Shown here piece by piece: positions 11,985 to 23,193 of a stretch of 64,000 bases of DNA. The translations under genes and the position numbers were made by a program. Below the pieces are notes generated by a model. That model was not told the DNA's origin and did no database searches. It saw only the letters and a list, made by a program, of their open reading frames with translations. How positions within the stretch are numbered: position 1 is the stretch's first letter; the number at the start of each line of letters is the position of its first letter. Source of the stretch: Oikopleura dioica (taxonomy: Eukaryota > Animalia > Chordata); NCBI GenBank assembly GCA_907165135.1, contig OU015566.1:6758001-6822000 (forward strand). The letters run 5' to 3'.

Positions 11985-12350
11985 TCACGAAAGAAAATCA
12001 AGCAGTTGATCAGTTGCAGAATCTTCGTTTTGGCTTTCGTCCTTTGCTGTTTCTTCCTCTGGAACAGACACTACTGGAGTTGTCATCTCTAACAAGCCCA
12101 GATCTGTCGATGTGGGAGAATCTTGAGCCTCTGTTTCTTTGCTTTCGACGGAAATTGGCCCAGCTTGGGATATATTTTCCTTCTGATTTTCCGGGTCTTG
12201 AAGGGTGACTGAAACATCTTGGGTGGAAGTTGGAACGTCTTCTGAGGTAATGATTACGTCAGACGAAGGTATTTCTTAATTTTAGTAAATTGAGTTGCTC
12301 TTTTTGTCCTTACCTTCAACAGGGACTGGTAGGTTTTCAACTGAAGACAT
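11985..12350 (-). CDS. Junction-created 108-aa acidic ORF derived from the duplicated amnionless 3' region, copy 1
   Basis: ATG formed at the duplication junction; 37-nt exon, 39-nt GT-AG intron (12275-12313), 290-nt exon: MSSVENLPVPVEEIPSSDVIITSED...SATDQLLDFLS*. Confidence 0.5.
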
Positions 12351-12587
12351 GACTTTTGCAACGATAATGTGAAAACTGAAAGAAAGAGTAGTCTGAGAAG
12401 AACATCAGAACTTCTTGCTGGCGGTTCCGCTAATCTTTGATACTTCTGCTTTGAATTAAGAATCGCTTATTTTGAAACGAAAGCAAATAAAGACAATATC
12501 ATTATAAAAAATATTTAATTTCATTTACTCTGACGACGAGAAAAGAAGATACACTGTCATTTCACATGCATGATCACTGGTCATTGA

Positions 12588-13377
12588 TCAGTTTAATTCT
12601 CGATCGTGTTGAACCAAGGCGCAGCAATGGCAGAACAAGATGATCATAATATCGCTTATAAAAATTTTGATCCTATTATTTGCAATTATTATTACAAACA
12701 ATTATTATTATTGCATTATTCACTCACCTCAATTTAGTTCCTTCGATACTACTATGTTTCTCTCGAATAGCAACCCTTTGCTTCCAGGCGATATAATTTG
12801 GAAGCTAAAAAATCTTCTTGGAAGATAATGAATTTGATCGTACGAGAATTGATGTCAAGAAGCAGATAGTAGCGAGGATAGCACTCCAGATTGGAAATTT
12901 TGGTGCAGCTTTGACCATGTTCGGGTCGGCGAGGAGTGTAGCGCCTTTGTTAAAAGCATACTTTCAAATTGAAAAACTGAAGTACCCACAACCCTTAAGT
13001 TTTTTAATAATATCATAAAGTCAAAAATACAAACGCCCAAAGGAAGGTAGTAAGCACCAACATAAAGAAGACAACAAAGACATGAGTTGCCTTCTTTCAG
13101 TCCATCTTGGATTGACTGAATGACGCAGCAAGGAAAGAACATTGCTTGACAAGAAGTGCCGCATCGCCCGCAACAGCTTTCATTTTGACAATTATCTATT
13201 TAAAAGATTTTGCAAAACATGTGCCTTTAGTAAAGACTCTTTACAATATTATCAGCTCCTTAACAGTGGGTATCTAAATTGACCATCTGGAGACTTGTAT
13301 TTGAACGACTGTGGCTGCTCTGATACTATAAAGGAACTTGTCTCGATACCATTCATAGTGGTCTGTAGTGAGCACAT
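12588..13377 (-). pseudogene. PLAC8 paralog A copy 2 with premature stop
   Basis: Same exons as A1, but TGG>TGA at 12964-12966 (FSI-W-KY becomes FSI*). Confidence 0.85.
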
Positions 13378-13460
13378 TGCAGTAGCTCTCGATGATATTC
13401 TGACTTGAATCTGAAAGTGCAAAGCGCCCTTGTTCTGCAAAGCTTATAAAATCGATTGGC

Positions 13461-14220
13461 GAATGACATTCAACGACTCTCCTTTTGTCTCCTTTTGCCA
13501 GGTTGCTAAGAGGATTCCCGTCATGCATGTTGGCGGTCTTGCTAAAGGATTCCTTGTCCCCGGTAAGAGAGAGAAAGCAAAGCATGGATTAACGATGCTT
13601 TAAGTTGGAGAATCGGATGGTGTGTGGTCCACGATCCTATGAGCATTTTCAAAGGAAGATTGACGACCGGGATTAAAAAGCTCGCCACACGCCTTGTCGG
13701 CCCAAACAAGCTTATTCAAGTAAAATCAATAATTGAGTTTTGCGTTTTTAATTTCTTCAGGCGGCGATTCCGAAAATCCTCTCGATCCCCGTCTCCTGGC
13801 ACAACGAACAAAATACGAAACTCGAAGAAGCTGCCGATCTCTTCTACGACGGAATCATGCAAGCTCCTGGACTCATCCCAATCATGCCGTCGGGAGCGAT
13901 GTACATGATGGTCAAGATTGATTTCTCCCGACTGGAGAATTTCTCCGACGACATGCATTTCTGCCAGACACTAGTGTCGGAAAAATCCGTGTTCGTCCTT
14001 CCCGGAAGCTGTTTCGGCTTTCCGAACTTTTTCCGAGTCGTAATTCGATCCCCAAGGTACTCTAATCTAATCCCTCCTTTTTTAATAGTTTTTATAGGAA
14101 AAAATTCCAGAAGCTTGTCAACGAATCGTCGACTTTTGCAACGATAATGTGAAAACTGAAAGAAAGAGTAGTCTAAGAAGAACATCAGAACTTCTTGCTG
14201 GCGGTTCTGCTAATCTTTGA
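13461..14220 (+). pseudogene. TAT: 5'-truncated TAT duplicate, copy 2
   Basis: As copy 1, with the same ATTCG frameshift; stop at 14218-14220. Confidence 0.88.
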
Positions 14221-14365
14221 TACTTCTTTTGGAATTACGAATCGCTGATTTTGAAGCGAAAGCAAATAAAGACAGTATCATAAGAAAAAATTGAGATTTA
14301 ATTAACTCTGACAACGAGAAAAGTAGATACACTGTACTTTCACATGCATGATCACTGATCGTTGA

Positions 14366-15184
14366 TTAGTTAACTTCTCGATCGTGTTGAACCAAGGCGC
14401 AGCAATGGCAGAACAAGATGATCAAAATATCGCTAAGAAATAATTTAAATTTAATTTATTTAAAATAATTTATTTTATTTGCGATCACAATTAGTGATTG
14501 TAGTATTACTAACCTTAATGTGGTTCCTTTGATTCCATGTTTCTCTCGGATAGCGACCCTTTGCTTCCAGGCGATATAATTTGGAACCTAAAATCACTTT
14601 TTTTCAAAAGATAACTTTTCAATAATCAAACGAGAATTGATGTCAAGAAGCAGATAGAACCGAGAATAGCACTCCAAATCGGAAATTTTGGTGCTGCTAT
14701 AACCATGTTCGGATCGGCGAGGAGTGTAGAAAGAGAGGAAGCGCCTTGATGACAAGCATACTTCCAAATGGAAAAACTGAAGTAACCAGAACCCTAAAAT
14801 TTATTAAGAAGCTCATAAAATATAAGATACAAACGCCCAAGGGGAGGTAATAAGAACCAGCATAAAGAAGACACCAAAGACATGAGCTGCCTTCTTTCAT
14901 TCCATCTTGGATTGACTGAATGACGCAGCAAGGACAGAACATTGCTTGGCATGAAGTACCAAATCGCCCGCAGCAGCTTTAATTTTGATAATTATCTATT
15001 TAAAAGATTTTGCAAAACATGTGTCTTTAAAATATTATCAGCTCCTAAATAGTGGGTATCTAAATTGACCATCTGGAGACTTGTATGTGAACGACTTTGG
15101 CTGCTCTGATACTATATAGGAACTTGTCTCGGTACCATTCATCGACGGAATGTTAGAAGTGTTAACGGTCTGTAGTGAGGACAT
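14366..15184 (-). CDS. PLAC8 paralog B copy 2 (intact, 3' part partly A-like)
   Basis: Open after splicing; ends IREKHGIKGTTLSDILIILFCHCCALVQHDREVN*. Confidence 0.88.
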
Positions 15185-15447
15185 TACAGTAGCTCTCGAT
15201 TATATTCTGACTTGAATCTGAAAGTGCAAAGCACCCTTGTTCTGCAAAGCTTCTTAAATCGATGGCGAAGTGTTAGCGAGTCATTGCTGCATTATATATG
15301 AAGCTTTTCCGGGACGCTCTTGATTAAATTTGCATTGGAACAGCCTCTTTGATCCCTTGAATCGCAAAAGAGAACACGACAGCAGGTTAGGATTCCGACA
15401 TTTTTGCTTAAAACCCATTTATTTTTGTTTGAAACAAATTTTTTCAA

Positions 15448-15813
15448 TCACGAAAGAAAATCAAGCAGTTGATCAGTTGCAGAATCTTCGTTTTGGCTTT
15501 CGTCCTTTGCTGTTTCTTCCTCTGGAACAGACACTACTGGAGTTGTCATCTCTAACAAGCCCAGATCTGTCGATGTGGGAGAATCTTGAGCCTCTGTTTC
15601 TTTGCTTTCGACGGAAATTGGCCCAGCTTGGGATATATTTTCCTTCTGATTTTCCGGGTCTTGAAGGGTGACTGAAACATCTTGGGTGGAAGTTGGAACG
15701 TCTTCTGAGGTAATGATTACGTCAGACGAAGGTATTTCTTAATTTTAGTAAATTGAGTTGCTCTTTTTGTCCTTACCTTCAACAGGGACTGGTAGGTTTT
15801 CAACTGAAGACAT
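15448..15813 (-). CDS. Junction-created 108-aa acidic ORF, copy 2
   Basis: Identical to 11985-12350 at an offset of +3463. Confidence 0.5.
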
Positions 15814-16052
15814 GACTTTTGCAACGATAATGTGAAAACTGAAAGAAAGAGTAGTCTGAGAAGAACATCAGAACTTCTTGCTGGCGGTTCCGCTAATCTT
15901 TGATACTTCTGCTTTGAATTAAGAATCGCTTATTTTGAAACGAAAGCAAATAAAGACAATATCATTATAAAAAAAATATTTAATTTCATTTACTCTGACG
16001 ACGAGAAAAGAAGATACACTGTCATTTCACATGCATGATCACTGGTCATTGA

Positions 16053-16844
16053 TCAGTTTAATTCTCGATCGTGTTGAACCAAGGCGCAGCAATGGCAGAA
16101 CAAGATGATCATAATATCGCTTATAAAAAATTTTGATCCTATTATTTGCAATTATTATTACAAACAATTATTATTATTGCATTATTCACTCACCTCAATT
16201 TAGTTCCTTCGATACTACTATGTTTCTCTCGAATAGCAACCCTTTGCTTCCAGGCGATATAATTTGGAAGCTAAAAAAATCTTCTTGGAAGATAATGAAT
16301 TTGATCGTACGAGAATTGATGTCAAGAAGCAGATAGTAGCGAGGATAGCACTCCAGATTGGAAATTTTGGTGCAGCTTTGACCATGTTCGGGTCGGCGAG
16401 GAGTGTAGCGCCTTTGTTAAAAGCATACTTTCAAATTGAAAAACTGAAGTACCCACAACCCTTAAGTTTTTTAATAATATCATAAAGTCAAAAATACAAA
16501 CGCCCAAAGGAAGGTAGTAAGCACCAACATAAAGAAGACAACAAAGACATGAGTTGCCTTCTTTCAGTCCATCTTGGATTGACTGAATGACGCAGCAAGG
16601 AAAGAACATTGCTTGACAAGAAGTGCCGCATCGCCCGCAACAGCTTTCATTTTGACAATTATCTATTTAAAAGATTTTGCAAAACATGTGCCTTTAGTAA
16701 AGACTCTTTACAATATTATCAGCTCCTTAACAGTGGGTATCTAAATTGACCATCTGGAGACTTGTATTTGAACGACTGTGGCTGCTCTGATACTATAAAG
16801 GAACTTGTCTCGATACCATTCATAGTGGTCTGTAGTGAGCACAT
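16053..16844 (-). pseudogene. PLAC8 paralog A copy 3 with premature stop
   Basis: Same TGG>TGA, at 16431-16433. Confidence 0.85.
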
Positions 16845-16927
16845 TGCAGTAGCTCTCGATGATATTCTGACTTGAATCTGAAAGTGCAAAGCGCCCTTGT
16901 TCTGCAAAGCTTATAAAATCGATTGGC

Positions 16928-17687
16928 GAATGACATTCAACGACTCTCCTTTTGTCTCCTTTTGCCAGGTTGCTAAGAGGATTCCCGTCATGCATGTTGG
17001 CGGTCTTGCTAAAGGATTCCTTGTCCCCGGTAAGAGAGAGAAAGCAAAGCATGGATTAACGATGCTTTAAGTTGGAGAATCGGATGGTGTGTGGTCCACG
17101 ATCCTATGAGCATTTTCAAAGGAAGATTGACGACCGGGATTAAAAAGCTCGCCACACGCCTTGTCGGCCCAAACAAGCTTATTCAAGTAAAATCAATAAT
17201 TGAGTTTTGCGTTTTTAATTTCTTCAGGCGGCGATTCCGAAAATCCTCTCGATCCCCGTCTCCTGGCACAACGAACAAAATACGAAACTCGAAGAAGCTG
17301 CCGATCTCTTCTACGACGGAATCATGCAAGCTCCTGGACTCATCCCAATCATGCCGTCGGGAGCGATGTACATGATGGTCAAGATTGATTTCTCCCGACT
17401 GGAGAATTTCTCCGACGACATGCATTTCTGCCAGACACTAGTGTCGGAAAAATCCGTGTTCGTCCTTCCCGGAAGCTGTTTCGGCTTTCCGAACTTTTTC
17501 CGAGTCGTAATTCGATCCCCAAGGTACTCTAATCTAATCCCTCCTTTTTTAATAGTTTTTATAGGAAAAAATTCCAGAAGCTTGTCAACGAATCGTCGAC
17601 TTTTGCAACGATAATGTGAAAACTGAAAGAAAGAGTAGTCTAAGAAGAACATCAGAACTTCTTGCTGGCGGTTCTGCTAATCTTTGA
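16928..17687 (+). pseudogene. TAT: 5'-truncated TAT duplicate, copy 3
   Basis: As copy 2; stop at 17685-17687. Confidence 0.88.
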
Positions 17688-17832
17688 TACTTCTTTTGGA
17701 ATTACGAATCGCTGATTTTGAAGCGAAAGCAAATAAAGACAGTATCATAAGAAAAAATTGAGATTTAATTAACTCTGACAACGAGAAAAGTAGATACACT
17801 GTACTTTCACATGCATGATCACTGATCGTTGA

Positions 17833-18651
17833 TTAGTTAACTTCTCGATCGTGTTGAACCAAGGCGCAGCAATGGCAGAACAAGATGATCAAAATATCGC
17901 TAAGAAATAATTTAAATTTAATTTATTTAAAATAATTTATTTTATTTGCGATCACAATTAGTGATTGTAGTATTACTAACCTTAATGTGGTTCCTTTGAT
18001 TCCATGTTTCTCTCGGATAGCGACCCTTTGCTTCCAGGCGATATAATTTGGAACCTAAAATCACTTTTTTTCAAAAGATAACTTTTCAATAATCAAACGA
18101 GAATTGATGTCAAGAAGCAGATAGAACCGAGAATAGCACTCCAAATCGGAAATTTTGGTGCTGCTATAACCATGTTCGGATCGGCGAGGAGTGTAGAAAG
18201 AGAGGAAGCGCCTTGATGACAAGCATACTTCCAAATGGAAAAACTGAAGTAACCAGAACCCTAAAATTTATTAAGAAGCTCATAAAATATAAGATACAAA
18301 CGCCCAAGGGGAGGTAATAAGAACCAGCATAAAGAAGACACCAAAGACATGAGCTGCCTTCTTTCATTCCATCTTGGATTGACTGAATGACGCAGCAAGG
18401 ACAGAACATTGCTTGGCATGAAGTACCAAATCGCCCGCAGCAGCTTTAATTTTGATAATTATCTATTTAAAAGATTTTGCAAAACATGTGTCTTTAAAAT
18501 ATTATCAGCTCCTAAATAGTGGGTATCTAAATTGACCATCTGGAGACTTGTATGTGAACGACTTTGGCTGCTCTGATACTATATAGGAACTTGTCTCGGT
18601 ACCATTCATCGACGGAATGTTAGAAGTGTTAACGGTCTGTAGTGAGGACAT
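17833..18651 (-). CDS. PLAC8 paralog B copy 3 (intact)
   Basis: Matches B2 at an offset of +3467. Confidence 0.88.
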
Positions 18652-18914
18652 TACAGTAGCTCTCGATTATATTCTGACTTGAATCTGAAAGTGCAAAGCA
18701 CCCTTGTTCTGCAAAGCTTCTTAAATCGATGGCGAAGTGTTAGCGAGTCATTGCTGCATTATATATGAAGCTTTTCCGGGACGCTCTTGATTAAATTTGC
18801 ATTGGAACAGCCTCTTTGATCCCTTGAATCGCAAAAGAGAACACGACAGCAGGTTAGGATTCCGACATTTTTGCTTAAAACCCATTTATTTTTGTTTGAA
18901 ACAAATTTTTTCAA

Positions 18915-21900
18915 TCACGAAAGAAAATCAAAAAGCTGATCAGTTGCAGAATCTTCGTTTTGGCTTTCGTCCTTTGCTGTTTCGTCCTCTGGAACAGACA
19001 CTACTGAAGTTGCCGTCTCTAAAAGCTCAGATCTGTCGTTGTGGGAGAATCTTGAGCCTCTGTTGCTATGACTTCGATGGAAATTGGCCCAGCTTGGGAT
19101 ATATTTTCCTTCTGATTTTCCGGGTCTGGAAGGGTGACTGAAACATCTTGGGTGGAAGTTGGAACGTCTTCTGGGGTAATGATTACGTCAGAATATGGGA
19201 TTTCTTAATTTTAGAAAATTGAGCTCCTCTGTTGGTTCTTACCTTCAACAGGGACTGGTAGATTTTCAGCTAAAGACGCTATATTTTCGTCCAGAACAGG
19301 TCTGTTTTCAAGGTTCAAAATAGTGCTGTCATCAATACCAGAGTTACTTTAGTCGGTTACGTCGACGATGCACAAGGAGCGTCATTAAGAAGAATCAAAG
19401 GAAGAATTATTCTTTGGCGGAAGTATGTCACGAACCGAGTCCTTTCTTCTGAAAGTTCGTTCGTCTCGAACGAGGGATTTGTGAAGCCAGTAGGAGCGTG
19501 ACGTGCTGCTATCACTTCCTCGCTTTCAAAGTCGACTGCCTCGTCATACCTCGTCGTGCTCTTTTATCTTTGGTCTCTTTCTCTTTTCGATAAGTAAGTA
19601 CTATTTATTTCGTATGAATAAATCGATATCAAAGGGCTCAAGTGATGTAAGATACCTTCCTCGGGATCGTCGTCATTCATTTCGTATGTCACATTATCAA
19701 CACCAGCTCAGGTGGCTTCAAAGAAACTCTTTCTTGTTGATGCTCAAAAAAACTACAATTGTGCAGTTATTGAAGCGTTCCTGATACTGTCGATATTTCC
19801 ACATCTCCTCCTTGATTTCCTCCGTCAAAGTTTCTGACCGTCTTCGCCGGGAAAACCGACAAGAAATAATATTCCAAGTCATATTTGTGATATCCCTTGT
19901 AGCCAGCGAACGCAGCAACTGCTATTGCTAGAATGACGCCGAAAATTGCTCCTCCACTGAGTCCCGATGCATTGTGAGGCCTTCCAGAGATAGTGACCAC
20001 AACGTTTGAAACGCCTGGAAGCTTGCTCACGGCCTTTTTCAAGTTTTGAACTTCGTTTTTCGCCAGTGATCCGGAGCCGTCGGTATCTGTGAGCAGCAGC
20101 TGATATTGATCATCCTATGAAATTATTTCAGCAATTAAGTTTCAGATCGGGAATTAAGCCCGGTATACTTCGATAGAACACCTTTGTTTACGCAAATATG
20201 ATATTTAAAGTAACGAACCTTTGATCTTTTCAGAACTGAAGGATCAAAGTCTTCTTCAAGCGGCGTGATTCTGGCTATAGAGCTTTTACCGGTGTTCTCG
20301 ACTATCAGATTAATTACCGGTAAGATTCGTAAAGATAGTGAACATTATTTCATGCTTGATCACCGATACCTAAGCACTTCTGACGATGATACTTCACCCT
20401 TGACGAGATCCTCCAGATCCTTCCTACGGAAAGCCTACGGGAAAATAAAAAATCTCTACAGCTATTTTTATGAATTACTCCGTCGAAATCAAAAGTGATG
20501 ATTCCGCCGCATACTGAGCAGCAGTGTCCGAAGGGTTCTACAGGTTCATTACAGGCAATGGCTGGTCGATCTGAAATCAAGGGTTTTTTAAGGCTTGTGT
20601 CTTTGTTTTTCCACCTTCAGTGCAATTTACTTGTCGGCAGATGAGCTCTTCAATATATGCTCGTCCATCAAAGTCGTCCTCTCGGCAAGTACACCCAGCA
20701 TCACTTTGAACTCGAGTCAACAATTGATAACTGTCACAAAAGCTATTTTTATTATATTTCTTGCGACACGAGTCCCACAGTCGTGCGCTCGCACATCCAC
20801 CTTTGATTCACCAAACTGAAACGGGCCAGAAACAGAGTTTTGTACATAGTTATTATAATCATCTGTTGAGGACAATCGCTCATTTCCGACGATCATAGAC
20901 TCGATTTTCGGATCTGGAGTGTGCGCCATATTTGGATTTGGAATGGATGGCGGGTACTTGCTTCCTTATCTTGAGTTTTACAAAGAAAGAACTGGACTCT
21001 TTGAGGGCTTGAAAAGCGGAAATATCCATCAATCAACGTTTTATATTCAATAAATATTCTGTAGCAAGGACTCTTTGATTCAAGAGAGTCTTTAAAAACT
21101 CCATCCTGAGACGGAGAACGTCGAATCCTTGGTAGAAAACTGGACCGTGTCAGTTTGGCAAGGGAGTCTTTCTAATCATAAAGGTCTTAGAGACTGTCAA
21201 ACTTGGTGACCTGGGCCCAGAGTCTCACGGACGAAAAGCGGTGCTAGTTGATCAGGCTAGTACCTGATCATTAAAGTTATGGCCTGATATTCTATTAGGT
21301 AATAAATCTGCAATGACACCATGATTTTACGGCTTCGTTATTGCGAAAATATCTGAGCGAAGACCCTGGCTATGTCAAGCATTAGCGCTGGAGCTCCGGA
21401 GACGTCCCAGTTGTTCAAGTCATACCAAGCATCAGGGCCGCCGTTGAACTTGTATTCTCCGTAATCTTGGCATCCTGAAATGGAGATGTCTGTTCCGATC
21501 ACAACATCTTTTCCTTGGAATCAGGGTCTCAATATTATGCAATCGAAAGAAGAAAAAAATAGACAGACCCCGCCCTAGAATGAGCTCAGCATTCCGCGGC
21601 AAGGTCAAATCCGAAACAGTAAAGCTGACATCAACAAGGACTGAGGTTCTTACACGGGCTGATGAAACGAAGATCGATTTCTGCGGAACAGGACAGAATT
21701 TATCACCTTGCCGAATCGATCACAAAATTATGTTGTAAATGAAGAACACCAGCCTTTCATTATCTTCAAATGTTACGACAGAGTCCATACATGGTTTACT
21801 GACATTTTTATTCTGAACAAAATATAACGCTTCAAGAAAACCAACTTCAAATTACCCATCGATTCGTGTCCGAGAACAAAATCTCTTGGTTCCAGCTGAA

Positions 21901-21966
21901 TGTAACTGAACCAGTATCTGGAAGATTGCAAAAGAATAGCAACAACTGTATGTAAAACTCCTTCAT
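18915..21966 (-). CDS. AMN: Amnionless (cubilin co-receptor); 3' exon structure and extent of the acidic tail uncertain
   Basis: Signal peptide MKEFYIQLLLFFC; W..N..F...NRW..KPC; SVLVDVSFTVSDLTLPRNAELILG; GCTC...ICRQVNC...ACNEPVEPFGHCCSVCGG; TM helix GAIFGVILAIAVAAFAGY; cytoplasmic GFTNPSF (FxNPxF motif). Confidence 0.88.
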
Positions 21967-23193
21967 TCTTAGAGTCTCTTGTAAGAGATTAGGCAAAAAT
22001 ATCTTGAAAGACAAATCATGTTTGCGAAATAAAGTGCAAAAACTAAACACCAGAGTTTGTTTTCTTGACGATTCTATAGTTTAGGGTAAAGATACCCTTA
22101 CATCTTGTAACAAGCTGCGTTTATTTTTTTTCTTCACTTTGTTTGGGACGGGCCTCACAAACTAAAGTTCTTCTGACTTTCTTGGGAAGCTACTAATGAA
22201 CAAAGTGCTCCTCACGAGGCTCGTTTGATGCTTCAAATTTATACGTCAAACAATTTATAATTTGACGACCAAAGTGTGCTTCAAAAATCTCGCCGTTTTC
22301 AATCGATTAGGAAAATTGCAATTCGTTAAAAAAAAACTTCGTCATCAAGTCTCAATGAAATGAATTCGAAAATAAACAGAATTCGAATCCTCAACTTTTT
22401 GTCTCAAAACGCTCGCTTTTGAATTTGTCGGAATGTCAGTGTATAAACTCGGACAATTTCCAATTAACTATTGAATCTCGCAGTCTCACAGACTATTTCC
22501 GCTCAGCTAACGGATCATTTATTGCCTTGAAGTTTTAATATGTTGCCTTTTTTCGGCGATTTTGCGGAAATTAGTTGTTTTTTCGTCAACAAAAGGGACT
22601 TCTAATTGATCTAACAAGATAAATTAGCTTCTATCTTAGCCGGCTTCAGTCGGATTCTAACTTATCAACTGCGCAAGTTGTAACATAGAAGATATAATAT
22701 TTTTAATTCTGATTTATTCATTTTTTATTCGTTCGGTCGTTGATTCATTTTCAGGAACGGTAGTGAGGTTAGGTGGAGAACAACTCCACTGGGCGACGGC
22801 TAGATTCGTGAAGGTTATTTTCAAAATAATGAAAGAAAAAAAAAGATGATTGTCAATCGCTTCAATGTGAACTTGCAAAGATTGAGATTGTTTTTTCGCA
22901 AATAAAAAAACGCAAATTAATATACACATAAATAGATATTTCATATATGTTAGTTTTGAGGCGGCGAGACAAGAAAAAAAGAGTGAGGATGCACCAGGTC
23001 ATGCAGGCAAGAACCGGGAGTTTTCTTTCTTTAGCACATTTTGTTTCAATGCAAGATAAATACAGAATCGGTATTCGTGAGTGTCTCTCTGACGGAAAAT
23101 AGGAAAATGAAAACTTGATTTAGGCACACAGGAGAAGTAATTGTTTCAGCGAGAAGCACATGTTATGCATGGTATTATTTCGATTAAAAATAA

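Larger units (their letters stand above)
8900..19277. repeat. Tandem triplication, units ~8900-12350, 12351-15813 and 15814-19277
   Basis: Identical ORFs recur at offsets of +3453 to +3467. The junction GAAGACAT|GACTTTTGCAACG appears at 12350 and 15813. Units 2 and 3 are nearly identical apart from homopolymer lengths until ~18930; unit 1 is slightly diverged. Confidence 0.95.

Noticed and set aside
11867-12208. 113-aa plus-strand ORF repeated three times (MHWNSLFDP...)
   Set aside because: Starts at TTG, is antisense to the AMN-tail exon, and recurs only because of the triplication.
22714-22944. 76-aa ORF with a hydrophobic N-terminus (MKYLFMCILIC...)
   Set aside because: Very AT-rich, no consistent splice model, and lies in probable 3' UTR or intergenic DNA.
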